DNA of 46,753 nt, counting the filler, from Catajapyx aquilonaris (taxonomy: Eukaryota), in assembly GCA_000934665.2 (NCBI GenBank). It is 2 parts of 2 records of this genome, joined end to end, with 100 filler letters (N's around TTAATTAATTAA, not from the genome) between each part and the next. Parts side by side here need not be neighbours in the genome. Positions count along the whole stretch, not along the records: positions 1 to 23,263 come from JYFJ02005709.1; positions 23,364 to 46,753 come from KZ539402.1. One strand, 5' to 3'. The notes beneath the pieces were generated by a model that saw only the letters and a program-made list of their open reading frames with translations, was not told where the DNA came from and searched no databases. The stretch's first letter is position 1; each line of letters starts with the position of its first letter. The position numbers and the translations under genes are program-made. Shown piece after piece: positions 11,756 through 23,439 of this stretch.

Positions 11756-14084
11756 GATAATATCCGAGGTACAGTCACGAGATCAAGGTGGTGACAGACT
11801 TGGGTAGAAGCTCCAACAAATGCAGTGAAAACTAGTGACATTTGTACCCCACCATAAATTTTCAGTATCAGACACCATTTTCTCTATAACATAGCATATT
11901 TTTGCACTGGGGCAGAGACATGACCTGAGCTTGTTTTAATCACAATTTATTTCAACCCATTTGCAGAAAAATATCACATTTGGTTTCTCCAATCTGGCCA
12001 TTACAAGCTAACGTCATGATAATATACCTTCGTTATCTGGATACATTTAAAATCTTCACACATCCCCATGTTATTTGTCACATGGATGGGTGAAAATGTA
12101 TTACGCCTCAAATTCATAAGAGGTTACAAAACCTTACTTAATCTACCACATGCCATGTATAATACTGCTAGCTAAATACCTCCTCCGTTGATCCTTATGG
12201 CAGCTCAGCTCTTACGCTGGACAGACTTCCTCAACTGCTCAACACTAAAACTAAACCAAGGGCATACAGAGACTACAATCAAACAACTACACTGGCAATC
12301 AGGTTGTAAAAGATCCCATTAGGCGTGCCATTAGGAGTATCCCCCTCTGCTCCACTGCATGATGACCGGGTGTGTTCACATTCTTTCTCCAGCACATGCG
12401 CAGCGATTAAGCGCATTCAGAAACAACGAGGGTGGCGCTTCACGTGGGAGAGCTAATAAAAAGCGTAGCCGCTAGTTGACACAATCCCGCTTGATTGCTT
12501 CCAATATCAAGAAAGTGATATCATTCCGGGGAATTATCTTAACTAAAAATTATACCAGAATAAGTTACAGGGGACAATAGTTCAAGGATAGGCTCGCACG
12601 ATTGTTCAATCCAAGGGAGGTAATTTGGTTGGAAGAGGGAATTACTAATCAGCTGTTATTTATAACTGCTTCAAAAGTAGCAGGTAACAAATAAGCTCAG
12701 GACGTGTGGCGGTTGAAACGTAAATCAGGGACTCAACCACGGAATCAAGTCAGGTTACAGGTTTTACTGCAGTACCGTAACAATGCACAGGATAAGCCGG
12801 GTAGAATTAAAAGCAATAAATCAGTTTCCCGATTTTATAAAGATTTTATAAAGCTCAACTGCACAAAAATTAAAGTGCGAAGAGTGGTATTGAATCCCTA
12901 CATGCCTACCACGTGCCGACACCGGGTGGGGCCTACACCGGGCCTACAGCATGCAAACATTCTAAAATAGTTGCCAAAAAAAATACGAGGGCGGATCAAA
13001 AAAAAACTGGGGCTGATTTTTAAAACTATATTGCTTTGAATTTACAGTGCTATAATCGAAAACTACGGGCTTCGTTTTATGAGGTGGCATTCGCATTCGT
13101 CTGGCTGCCCTGCTCATTACCAATATGGCTCATTCAATTTCACCTCAAAATAAAATATAGATATGACAATTAAGCAAGGAGCAGTAAGCAGCAGCCATTA
13201 TTATGTCTTCACCTGGGAAAAACATGCAGTTCCCCCACACACTACTGTCACTGGAGAGTTCTGTGTACAACCTCTCACTAGTCAGTGTTGTAGGGACTAT
13301 CAGGAAGCACATGGACAAAAAATGCCTGGAACTCCATCATTACAATGCCAATAAGCCTCATGTTGCATATGTCGTTACAGCTACATATCTCACAGGATAT
13401 TTACATACCTCCAAGAGATTTTCATCTGGGAGACTCTAATTTTGTTTTTAGCAACAACCCATGGGTATGTATGCACATGATTTTTCATATCAAATTCTGA
13501 GATGCCCGAGCCACCAACTTGTCTATCTTGGCATGGAATGACCCAGAGGCTTTATTGCACAAAAGAATAACTATTTCTACTCTAAATATCCTGTGAGATA
13601 TGAAGCTGTAACATCTGTACACAGACTTGACCTTTCTCTCATGATTTTACCATGTTACAACCGACCCCAAGAAGTTATTGTTACAACTACTGTCCCCAGT
13701 GTCCGCAGTGTGTGTTGTCTTGTAGATATGCTTACTACTTTTTAACTGTGCACATTATTTGGTCATCCATACTGTTGGCGAGCCCACTGAAGGAACCTTT
13801 CTCATTATACCAAGGGAAATTCAATAACAATTCTACCCCCTGCACAATCACTTAATTACTGCTGCCACTCAAAAAAGTTGGGAACATACATTGATTTTGG
13901 TTTTTTTCATATAGAAAAACAAAAAACAAAAAAGGGGTATCCAATAGTTTTGCCTGGCTTGGAGGTCATACTGGTACACGTACTGTGTGAGTTTCAGTTT
14001 AAGGGCCTTCCAAAAGTATCTATTAGTGCCGATGTTACAAACGTACCGTGTTACAACAGACCCCGATCTCCCTTACTACTCCCT

Positions 14085-14420
14085 ATCCATTTCAGCTTGC
14101 ACTTCTTCAATCACTTTTTCCAATTGTCAAAGACATGGCACAAGCCATTCTTCATAACCTCCTTAGGGATTGCCTCAGATTTCTTTTGGACAGCCACAGA
14201 TGTCTCAAATCAGTGACCTCATAGCTTGGATTTCAAAGTGAGGAATTGAAAAAGTTACATGGAGCCAGGTCTGAGGTGTAGGTGGTTGCAGTGCATGGTT
14301 GGAGGTTTTTTTAAGCCAGATATTTTGTTACGACATGTGCAACATGAGGCTTGGCATTGTTATGATGGAGTTCCAGGCATTTTTCGTCCATGTGCTTCCT
14401 GATAGTCCCTAACACTGAGA
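14085..14420 (-). pseudogene. mariner (DD34D) transposase C-terminal remnant
   Basis: Minus strand gives LHHNNAKPHVAHVVT and YTSDLAPCNFF..LKSKL*GH*FE, matching LHHDNARPH and YSPDLAPCDFFLF. Confidence 0.85.
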
Positions 14421-14435
14421 GGTTGTACACAGTAC

Positions 14436-14782
14436 TTTATTTACTAATTTATAAATTTTTTTACTGTACCCCATTATCAGGCCCTGGGCCCTTGTTAGGG
14501 GAGTGGGATACCACCATGTTTGGAACCATACATAATGTGTATGTTTTACTTATTTCAAGGGTTAGTAGGAGGGGATGTGCAAAGTGCAAGTGCAATGTCG
14601 TATATTGGTCATTTTGTGAACTCCCCCGGGTGGATTAGTCTAGCAGAAATTTCCACCCGAGACGAAGCCAGAGATGGCCCAACTCTGCACGAGATGAAGG
14701 GGGGAACCCTGGGCTGGGATCGAACCGGGGACCTTAACATCCGTGGGCATGTGCGTTACCACTGCACCACTCCGCCTCCCCC
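14436..14782 (-). mobile_element. tRNA-derived SINE
   Basis: Minus strand GGGGAGGCGGAGTGGTGCAGTGG (A box), GGTTCGATCCC (B box), A-rich tail. TSD AGGTTGTACA(CA)GTAC at 14420 and 14783. Tail resembles that of the SINE at 392-734. Confidence 0.85.
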
Positions 14783-14795
14783 AGGTTGTACAGTA

Positions 14796-14936
14796 CCATC
14801 AGTCCAAAAAGAACTTTCCCAGTCATCCTGATGTGTGTGCTGCCCGCTCGACACACACCATGTAACTTACATGGTGTGTGTCAAGCGGCCTGCCCACACG
14901 TCAGGATGACTGGGAAAGTTCTTTTTGCACTGTTGA
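14796..14936. mobile_element. 141-bp hairpin MITE (Tc1/mariner-type, TA TSD), copy 1
   Basis: Near-perfect palindrome centred on ACACACCATGTAACTTACATGGTGTGT, with TA on both sides. Confidence 0.85.
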
Positions 14937-15343
14937 TACACAGTACTGTCCAGTGACAGTAGTGTGTGGGGGAACTGCATGTTTTTCCCAGGTGAAAACA
15001 TAATTTAATTGCTGCTTACTGCTCCTTGCTTAATTGTCACATCTATTTTATTTTGAGCTGAAATTGAATAAGCCATCTTGGCAATGAGCAGAGCAGTCAG
15101 ACGAATGCAAATGTCACCTAGTAGTAGTAGTAATTATTTTTTGCAATAAAGCCTAGCTTATAACCAGTTTGTCAAAAATTTACATGGATAAAAAATCCAT
15201 TTTCTTGTAATACTTATATGCTGAATAAATTCCAGTATATCGAGAGATAAAGTGTAACCTAGGTGGATCAAGCATGCTATAAGACAATTGTCGAGATTAT
15301 GAGCCAGTGTAAACTGTTCTTCTATATTACATTTTCTCCTTAA

Positions 15344-15814
15344 CCCTTAACTACGTAGGTGGGCGAAACACCTTTAACTACGTAGATGGAGCCTGAGAGG
15401 CTCCAACGGTATATTTAAATTTATGCTTATCAACTAAATTGTTATATTGGACTTTTCACATACAGAAAGTGCAGTTCAGATCATTAGGCTTCCGAAAACG
15501 TAAAAAATCACACGCTGAGTCAGCATATTCCGACAGGGAAAAATTCTTAATTAAAAGGTTACATCAACAACTTTGAGCCGCTCTGGCTTCACCTGCATAG
15601 GGATAGCCTGAGTGGTTAGAGGGACCTGTTCCTCGTTACGAAATTTTTTAAACCAAAGAATAGGGACTAAAAATTTTTTTCTTTCCTTTTCATGCTTAGG
15701 AAGGTTTTTCTGACAAAGTCACGGAAGGAGAGTGGAAAATAAAATTCAATGAAAAAGTTACATGCGTTGAAATAGTGCTTGGAGCCTCTCAGGCTCCACC
15801 TATGTAGTTAAGGG
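15344..15814. mobile_element. piggyBac-type MITE
   Basis: TTAA|CCCTTAACTACGTAGGTGG ... CCACCTATGTAGTTAAGGG|TTTAA, with an internal repeat of the TIR motif. Confidence 0.8.
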
Positions 15815-15858
15815 TTTAAGACAGTGTTATAACCGCCCCTATGATGGGGTTGGTTGTA

Positions 15859-15999
15859 TCATCAGCTGAAAAAGAATTGTCCCAGTCATCCTGATGTGTG
15901 TGCTGCCCGCTCGACACACACCATGTAACTTACATGGTGTGTGTCGAGCGGCCAGCCCACACGTCAGGATGACTGGGACAGTTCTTTTTCAACTGATGA
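15859..15999. mobile_element. 141-bp hairpin MITE, copy 2
   Basis: TA|TCATCAGCTGAAAAAGAA ... TTCTTTTTCAACTGATGA|TA, nearly identical to 14796-14936. Confidence 0.9.
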
Positions 16000-17918
16000 T
16001 ACACTCTGCCTTACCTTGGAAAAATATTTATAAATCTATCAATTTTTTATCTTAAGATTATATTATGATAATTTTACAAAGAGGAATGTTGCCTATTTCC
16101 ACAATGTCAAAAACCTTTGGCCAAATGCATATATGTAACTGAATGAAAAAATCCAGACTAAAAAGTGTTACAACCGACACTGACCTCCCTTACTTTGAAA
16201 ACGCCCATGTGACCATTGATACATATCAACAAATAGTTCAGGGAAAAAATCAGTCAGTCTTTTTTGATCAGCGCTCGTGTATTTGCCTCATTCTGAGGGA
16301 AAGGTAACATGAGCTGGCAACTGCTTTTTGAAAACAACTAACTTACCGACTCAGCTTGCTGACCCTAATGTGACGGTGGCTGGGGGGTAAAATAGTCTGT
16401 GGCATGGTTTTTTTTAAAGCTGACAAAAAAGCTAGCACTCTTTTGCAATTCAAATAAAAATTACTAAAAAAAATGCAAGTACTTGTAACCAAGTTTGGTG
16501 AAACAAAGTGAAGAGTGAATTCACTATAAAGTTGGAATTCTTCCCTTGAATTTTCACATACCATGAATTATCATCCAAAACTGCAGAAGAGAGTCTCATG
16601 CAATTTCATTTTCTTCCAGGGTGTCTTCCAAAAACACCACCAATCCATACACATTGGCTGCCTCACGTGGACACAGTTCGAACTACTGTGATTCATACTA
16701 CAACTGCTGGATAGATATTTTTGATGTAGCTCACAATTTGGCTCTTCTAGCTAAAGGTCTGGGATTTCTCTGAGTTAAAACATAACCAAGTGATGTTCAG
16801 AAAGCATCAAGAAGGAAGAGGAAGATGGACCAGGATGGAATGAAATACACACACATTTGGAACTATTAATAGTACTTTCCTCTTAGTAACAGTACACAAA
16901 TGCATTCTCTGACATGTTACAGAGGTCATATTTACATAATTAGCCACTTCTCTTTTCAAACACGTTTAATGCAATTGCAACTTTACATGCAGCCTCTACT
17001 TCTTGTCAATTCTTCCAACCAAAACACATGCAGTGGCATATCACCTTCTGGTTGCCTAAACATAAAACATACCTGGAAGCCTTTACGACACAATTTAGAG
17101 ACTGCAGATGAGGTAATGGTCCACAAGTAACAAGTTCTAATGAGGATTTCAAGTCACTATGCTACAACCCCAGAATTTGGCAATTTGCGCCAATGATTCA
17201 GTCCTTATGACATACTGTACTGCACCTTATAATTAAATAGAAGCACATGTTCAATATCCTGCCAACTTTTGCTTCTGTTATTCTGCATTATTGCTCCATT
17301 CTTGTGGTTTTGTTGTTAGACACTAGTAAGTGTGCAACCATATTTATGTGATACGTGACTTAAAATTGGCATGGAATTTGGAAATATGTTTGCAACATAT
17401 GGAAGACATTTAAAAAAAAGCCTAAAGGTCATTCAGAAATTTGGGCCAAACTGTGGGTCCTGTATCTTACTAACACATCTAGATAAAGATATCACCACAA
17501 CATACTAATGACAAAACAAACCATCAATTAGTGCTTACAAATATTAAATATGGCAATCTTAAAAGTGGCCCAATGCAGCAGAAATGCAAATAAAATATAT
17601 GGCACTTGAGACAGAATTCAAAAATTTCACCTACTTAAACACAAACTGTGGTGAAATACGTAGGCGATAAATAATGGCTCGTAACGGAATTTGCTCTGAC
17701 TATATTGATGAAATGACACATTCATTTGTGAAGTGGATGAATGGGGGGGGGGGGGGGGNATAAATAAATGACACAACTCAAACTCTGCTAACAATGAAAG
17801 CAGCAATACTACCATGCAGTCTATGCACTTTTCTTTACAGGATTTTACTGCCAAGCATATGGGATGATATTCACTGTGCACATTTGTTATTCAGCAGGCA
17901 AGAAAACCTATGATTATG

Positions 17919-18038
17919 AGGGGTTGGACAATCAGGTGAATCTTGGGTGAATCTCAAACAATTTGAGGGTGAATCTCCACCTACGTCATAGGGAATCTTG
18001 GGTGAATCTAGTACATTTTGTCTGAATGTCCAACCCCT
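17919..18038. mobile_element. Small MITE-like element
   Basis: 12-bp TIR AGGGGTTGGACA / TGTCCAACCCCT with internal GGTGAATCT repeats. TSD unclear. Confidence 0.5.
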
Positions 18039-19307
18039 TTGATGATTGTCACCAGAGTACTCTGGCAGATGGAATAACTAAAAACATAGTGTGACTATTA
18101 ACCATCCTAATGCTTTGGCAGTTCCACCTGATGAGTATGTGGTGATATATACACATGTACGAGATACGTATAGTAGTAACTGTAGGTGCTCTTTTGACTT
18201 ACTACGTAATTATAAATATGTCAACTCCATCACAGATGGGAGGAGACTTGTTGTTTTTAACCCACCGAAACCCCTGCTACGTTATTAGCTTTGATTACAA
18301 AAGAAAGGTAAGAATAAGGCAAAGAGTCTACAGAAATCATGTCCTACTCTGTTGAAAATACATGTTACTTCTTTCGGCTGTTCAGATTTTGATATGAATA
18401 TACATCAGGAATGCCAATGGTGGCACCTGCTGCATGTGAAAGAATAATAAATGATTTGATGATAACTTGGACCAATGTGTACCATGTGTTTCATAATTAC
18501 ACTTACATTCATATCAGTAAAAATGTAAGACACTTCTACGTCATGTTGGTATTTCTGAGCCTGCCAATTTGAGGTCAGCATTGAACGCGCACTTCCCCGC
18601 ACAACCCTGAATCTACCCTTGCTCTCTCCCCACTCTCCCCTTTCTGCCCCTCAGGAAGTCAATAGGACTTGTGTACATACATGACATTTATGCCCATATG
18701 AATGTAAGCTTAATTATGACACATGTGATATAATCACTGTATGATCCTAGTGGAAAATAAGAAGGTGCACTCAGGAAGTTGTCTTTGTTTCAGTCATTGA
18801 TGCTTTGAACAATATTTAAATGAAATGGACACACAAAAATTTACTAGAAATGCATTGTCATAAGTTTCATTGCTGGCTGCAATGGGAGTAACTTCATATG
18901 AGTATGATCAGATGCCCCATCCATTTGTGCTCACTGTTCATGTTTCTCATGTTTTTCTTCAATACCGGTACTGTTACTCCCATAATTGGAAGAACTACAA
19001 TACCACCAACTCCAATGTACTTCTGTATGAGTTCCTACAATGGCATGACCAGTCATTAAGAAACATTCCATAAAAGAAGTTCAACACATCCCACCAACAA
19101 GCACTTTTGAAAATGGCATTTACATGGTAAAAATATAAAACTCATATCTATTACCAGTAGGTTACTTGCAAAAAAGTACTCGAAAATAAACCTTGGGCCA
19201 TGATTTTGATTCACAATGCAATGATTACCACAGGGCAAGTCAAATGATAACCTGTAGTGGAGTGTAGTCATGTTTAGTTGCAAACTGAGGAGTCCATCAA
19301 TATGGGC

Positions 19308-19705
19308 CAAGGACTTGACTTTTGCATAGGCAGCCTAGGCAGCTGCCTATGGCTCCAGCTTTGGAGAAGGCGCTATTTATTTTTATTATAAATGTCAGCG
19401 AATATTGTAATGTATACTTGAAGGTCCAAGTATATTAAATAAATAAAAATAAGAAAGTTTTTTTTTTTTTTAAATACAGAAAAAACCTGTCCATAACAGT
19501 GAGTGCAGCGGAAACTTGTCCATTGCAGGATTATTTCTGGGAACAGGCACAGGACATATTTTTGTTGGATATAGCGGGAACCTGTCCAGCATGGAAAAAT
19601 TGTCGGGTCCCATGCGATTCCGCTATGCACAGGTTTCACTGGATTGCAAAAAAGGGGGCCCGACTGTTAACTGCCTAGGAGCCCAGGTCCCCTAAGTCTG
19701 GCACT
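19308..19705. mobile_element. Decayed hAT-like MITE with a nested pogo-type fragment
   Basis: TAGGCAGCCTAGGCAGCTGCCTA and TGCCTAGGAGCCC..TAAGTCTGGCACTG subterminal motifs. Internal CGGGTCCCATG..CAGGTTTCACTG pogo-type end. No TSD match. Confidence 0.45.
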
Positions 19706-20211
19706 GGTTCCATCCACACTTTGACCAAGTTTTGTTGGAATAAGAATAACACTTACACCAGGAAATAGTTCAACATCAATTCCTTTCCAGTGTAACATGA
19801 CCACATCTCACAGAAGGGTGAGAGGAAGATAAGGGAGAAATGCAGTAGACAAGGCAGTCAAGATTGTAGTCCCCGAAAATGCTGAACTGTGAATAATCTC
19901 ACTCCTTATTCTCTTTCCCAACAGCAATCAGACGACTGCACATTGTTCCTCACCTGCTGCCTCCTCTGCAGGCAGAAATGCTTCGTGACATCCACACTCA
20001 TGCTCTACGACTATTTCATCACTCTGATTTGACAATCTTTGAGTCTAACAAATCCGTTCTAAAATTAGGCAAAACTAATAATCACTCTCACATAAAATAT
20101 AGAATGCAACCAAACAACTTCCATGAAGACAAAATTTTTGGTGACAAATCCGCCCTGAACAGTGAATAGATCCACAGACAATAGGGAGAGGAGCCTAGAA
20201 TAGCAGGCAGA

Positions 20212-20493
20212 CACCGAAGCGTTTGGTGGAGTGGATAAGGTGTTCGACTGCTAATCGGGAGGCTCTGGGTTCGAGTCCCGGGGCCGGCAATCCTAACCGT
20301 GGTTTTCTGTGGTTTCCGACAGTCCCCCCAGGAGAATTCCGGGATTGCTCCCTAAATAATTAGGCCACAGCCGCTTCCTTCCGTCCCAAGAAGCAAAGTA
20401 AAAATGAAAGCAAAGAGTTCCAGTCAAAACAAAATTGGGATGAACTCCCCCCCTAAAGAGCTGCTGGCAGATAACGGGGTATGAATTATTATT
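20212..20493 (+). mobile_element. tRNA(Ser-like)-derived SINE, same head and body as 919-1148
   Basis: TGGTGGAGTGG, GACTGCTAATC, GGTTCGAGTCC, (ATT)n tail. 13-bp TSD AATAGCAGGCAGA (20199-20211, 20494-20506). Confidence 0.9.
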
Positions 20494-21219
20494 AATAGCA
20501 GGCAGAGTCCACAGAGTCAGCAAAACGAATGGCTGTGGATCATGGCAATCAGTGGTTTTATGAGCCCTCATAGGAAATGAAACGGAAGGTTCAATTCTCA
20601 GTTACAACCCTGACAGTGGCATGTGACTGACCCACCAAACCTACATTCATGATGATGAACCAGGTGATGACTTATTCCAGGCAAACCAAGAGACAGACAG
20701 ACAGACAGCCAATTAGTATTATGATGTGTGGATGAGACATGACCAGTCAGAAACCCACCAGTTTTCTTATAAATAAAATCCATTCACATGTCCTCCACTT
20801 GCCAGTATGTTGTCATTTGACTCACCCATAAAGCTTATGCACACTACTAGAAAAACCTTACATTACATGTCTAGTAAATATTGCTGCATTGAAAGTGGCA
20901 CTGTAAATAAGCATGTAAAATAATCTTTTACTCAGCAATGTCAATACTTTCTGACCGCACCTTGAATAATATTGGCTATCAAGTACTTACACAACCACAT
21001 TTTTAACCTCACATAGGAACTAATATTGTGTGGTATGTAAGACATGACAACATAAGAAACTCATTAGAGAGGCAATCGAGGTCAATTATAATGGGTTAAC
21101 CTCCAACCTCCACAACCAGCAACTCAAAATACAAATGTATATAACGATACAGAGAGAGCAAAAAAGAAGGAATGAACAAATCATGATTTTGTCAGACTGC
21201 TTAGAAGGATTAGCAAACC

Positions 21220-21417
21220 TCAACCTGTGAAGTTGCTGAAATCAGTCTTGAGCTTGATGGAAGGCTGGGCGGAGTTTCCTCCAATAGCCCCTGCCCCTCC
21301 CTCTGCCCCTAGTCCTGCCCCTAACCCTTCCTGCAGTCTCCCTTTTTGTGCTGCCTTCACTGCTGCCTCTAGCTTCGACTTCATGTCTGGCAGTTGACTC
21401 ATCAGCGTACGGAATTC
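21220..21417 (-). CDS. HEATR5B: HEAT repeat-containing protein 5B, terminal coding exon
   Basis: AG acceptor at 21419-21418. Reads EFRTLMSQLPDMKSKLEAAVKAAQ...QPSIKLKTDFSNFTG*, matching the HEATR5 C-terminus (ELKVRLETAVRA...PTIKLKT). Confidence 0.93.
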   Translation of the reverse strand, partial: EFRTLMSQLPDMKSKLEAAVKAAQKGRLQEGLGAGLGAEGGAGAIGGNSAQPSIKLKTDFSNFTG

Positions 21418-21482
21418 CTGTTAGAAGTTCAATTTTCCAGATGCACATTACCAGTCACTATCATCTATTCCACTCATGTTAC

Positions 21483-21628
21483 CTGGGGGTAGAGCGGTCC
21501 TATTTTCATAAGCTTCTGAAGGCTATGCTCATGAAGAAGATTGCAAAAGCGGTTAGCCTCTTTCAGAGTGGCAGAATCCAGGAGGTAGTTTACCAGGATG
21601 GGAACAAGCAATGTCAGCATCTGTACCC
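21483..21628 (-). CDS. HEATR5B: HEATR5B penultimate exon
   Basis: tttttctag| (R)VQMLTLLVPILVNYLLDSATLKEANRFCNLLHEHSLQKLMKIGPLYPQ |gtaaca. Phase 1 in, phase 0 out. Matches HEATR5 LLVPTLISYLL..LHEFALQNLMHIGPLYP. Confidence 0.93.
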
Positions 21629-21969
21629 CTAGAAAAAGACAAAAAACGAAATATGTAATGCCTTTTCAATCATTGAACTTCTACCAGAAACAATGGTTCT
21701 ATCAAATGGAATGATGCTAAAATATCTATTTACCACACCACTTGCCTTTCAGGCCTCCTTTTGGAAAGCAGAAAGAAGGAAGAGCATCAACTATTACACT
21801 CGTATATTTATAACACAAGCTACTCGATTGTAACATTACAACTTTACAAAGGCAGATAACACGGGAAAATGCTTATGCATCACTTAATTATACCAAATAT
21901 CTTGTTCCCATTGGAGGCAAAATTGCACAAACACACCACATCACACTTGTAAAGTTAATCAATTCTTAC

Positions 21970-21999
21970 TTTCAGTTTCAGCCTCCATGTCCTTTGTGT
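21970..21999 (-). CDS. HEATR5B: Candidate 30-nt alternative microexon of HEATR5B
   Basis: ttccttctttatctgttag|ACACAAAGGACATGGAGGCTGAAACTGAAA|gtaaga. Symmetric phase 1 and stop-free (NTKDMEAETE). Confidence 0.5.
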
Positions 22000-22153
22000 C
22001 TAACAGATAAAGAAGGAATAAGTATCAAACAATGTATAGCAATACCTGCCAAAAATATGTTTAAGAGGAGGTCAAGTAAGAAATCAGTTGGATAAATTAT
22101 TCTAATGCATTATAAATGCCAAAAAGAATGGGGAAACATGTGCAAAAACTCAC

Positions 22154-22367
22154 TGGCTTGAATCTCAACCATGCTGACAAGAGTCTCAACAGTCTGCAGG
22201 CATTCCAGGGTCAGGGACAGTTCAGAATCGGAAGACACTTGCTTGCTCTGGGCAGTGTAGAGAAACTCAACAATACGTGGAGCCAGGGCCTGAATGTAAG
22301 GTGTCGATGCAGCCCTGTTGGGATGCTGGAAGATTGAGTGGAGTGTCTGCACGCATTTCATCTTAAC
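22154..22367 (-). CDS. HEATR5B: HEATR5B internal exon
   Basis: tttcaacag| VKMKCVQTLHSIFQHPNRAASTPYIQALAPRIVEFL...VETLVSMVEIQA |gtgagt. 214 nt, phase 0 to phase 1. Confidence 0.93.
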
Positions 22368-22443
22368 CTGTTGAAAAAAAAAATTAAGATGATCTCCAGT
22401 TTCAGGGAGGCAATTCTAACAATAATAAAGAACTAATACTGAC

Positions 22444-22595
22444 CGCAAGGCTGCTACTCTGGAAGCATTTTTGAAACTCATTGATGCATGGATATTGCAA
22501 ATTTGGACTGCACACCATGTCAGGTGGACCATGAAGCACAAATACAGCAATAGATAGTAGCAGTGTTACTTCATCCAGTTTGGTCTCCTCAGAAC
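22444..22595 (-). CDS. HEATR5B: HEATR5B internal exon (most 5' exon found in the window)
   Basis: ttgccag| SEETKLDEVTLLLSIAVFVLHGPPDMVCSPNLQYPCINEFQKCFQSSSLA |gtcagt. 152 nt, followed by a 76-nt intron to the next exon, in frame. Confidence 0.9.
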
Positions 22596-23263
22596 CTGGC
22601 AAGTACCAAAACAACACTGATTATATAGGTCAATGTGCCAAATATCAATACAATCCATCTTTGGTATTAATTTACAACTGCAGCTACAAAATGGACCTTC
22701 CATAAAACTGCATATCAAAGGGCAACATTTTAGTTGTTAAAAATAATAAAACCCCAAAAAGAGAAAAGAACTTGAACTCAGTTTTTCATTACACAAAAAC
22801 AAAACAAAAATCCAGGTATCTTCATTTGAAAGTTACACTGTTGCAACTGTACCGTCAAACGAGGTGAGATTGTGCCACTTTTTGAGGTTTTTCTTGCACA
22901 CAAACCAGAGTAATGAATATACAGTGAAGCATCGATTATCCGAATACCGAACAAGCGAAGCATCAGTTAACTGAAAGCGGTCGAGTCGGCAAATTCAAAT
23001 TTGCACGTGAGATTTAGCAGCAAAAAAACGAGTCTCAGCTCTGAAGCAAAAAAAAAATACACGTATTGGACTTCTTTTCCTAAACTGTAGGCTTACTTTA
23101 ATATATGTAGTGTACTGTATACTACTTTATGTAAGGTATATCCCACCAAAAACCTTTCTGTAAAACAGGCCAAGTTCTCCTGACTGCTTGGCCGTCAAAA
23201 GTGGTGAGATCTGAAATACGGCCAAGTTCAACGTCGTTGTCAATTACTGGCATTCTAAACTTC

Positions 23264-23363
23264 NNNNNNNNNNNNNNNNNNNNNNNNNNNNNNNNNNNNN
23301 NNNNNNNTTAATTAATTAANNNNNNNNNNNNNNNNNNNNNNNNNNNNNNNNNNNNNNNNNNNN
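23264..23363. other. Assembly gap (further gaps at 31413-31446 and 35813-35868)
   Basis: Runs of N enclosing a 12-nt TTAATTAATTAA islet, with a G homopolymer next to the gap. Confidence 0.99.
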
Positions 23364-23439
23364 GGGGGGGGGGGCTGGTGACATGGACCTGGTACTTGAA
23401 TGATATCGACCTGGTACTTGAATGATATCGACCAAGCAA

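Larger units (their letters stand above)
12986..16277. mobile_element. Rearranged mariner composite with internal inverted duplication and nested SINE/MITEs
   Basis: TIRs TA|CGAGGGCGGATCAAAAAAAAACTG..CTGATTTT and AAAATCAGTCAGTCTTTTTTGATCAGCGCTCG|TG. 13080-13380 is mirrored by 14325-14435 plus 14937-15120. Confidence 0.7.

Noticed and set aside
21970..22045. Longer 76-nt version of the HEATR5B cassette exon using the upstream CAG
   Set aside because: Not a multiple of three, so it would shift the frame before the conserved C-terminus.
23386..23432. Tandem 22-bp repeat GACCTGGTACTTGAATGATATC as a CRISPR-like array
   Set aside because: Two adjacent units with no spacers, in a eukaryotic context next to a gap.
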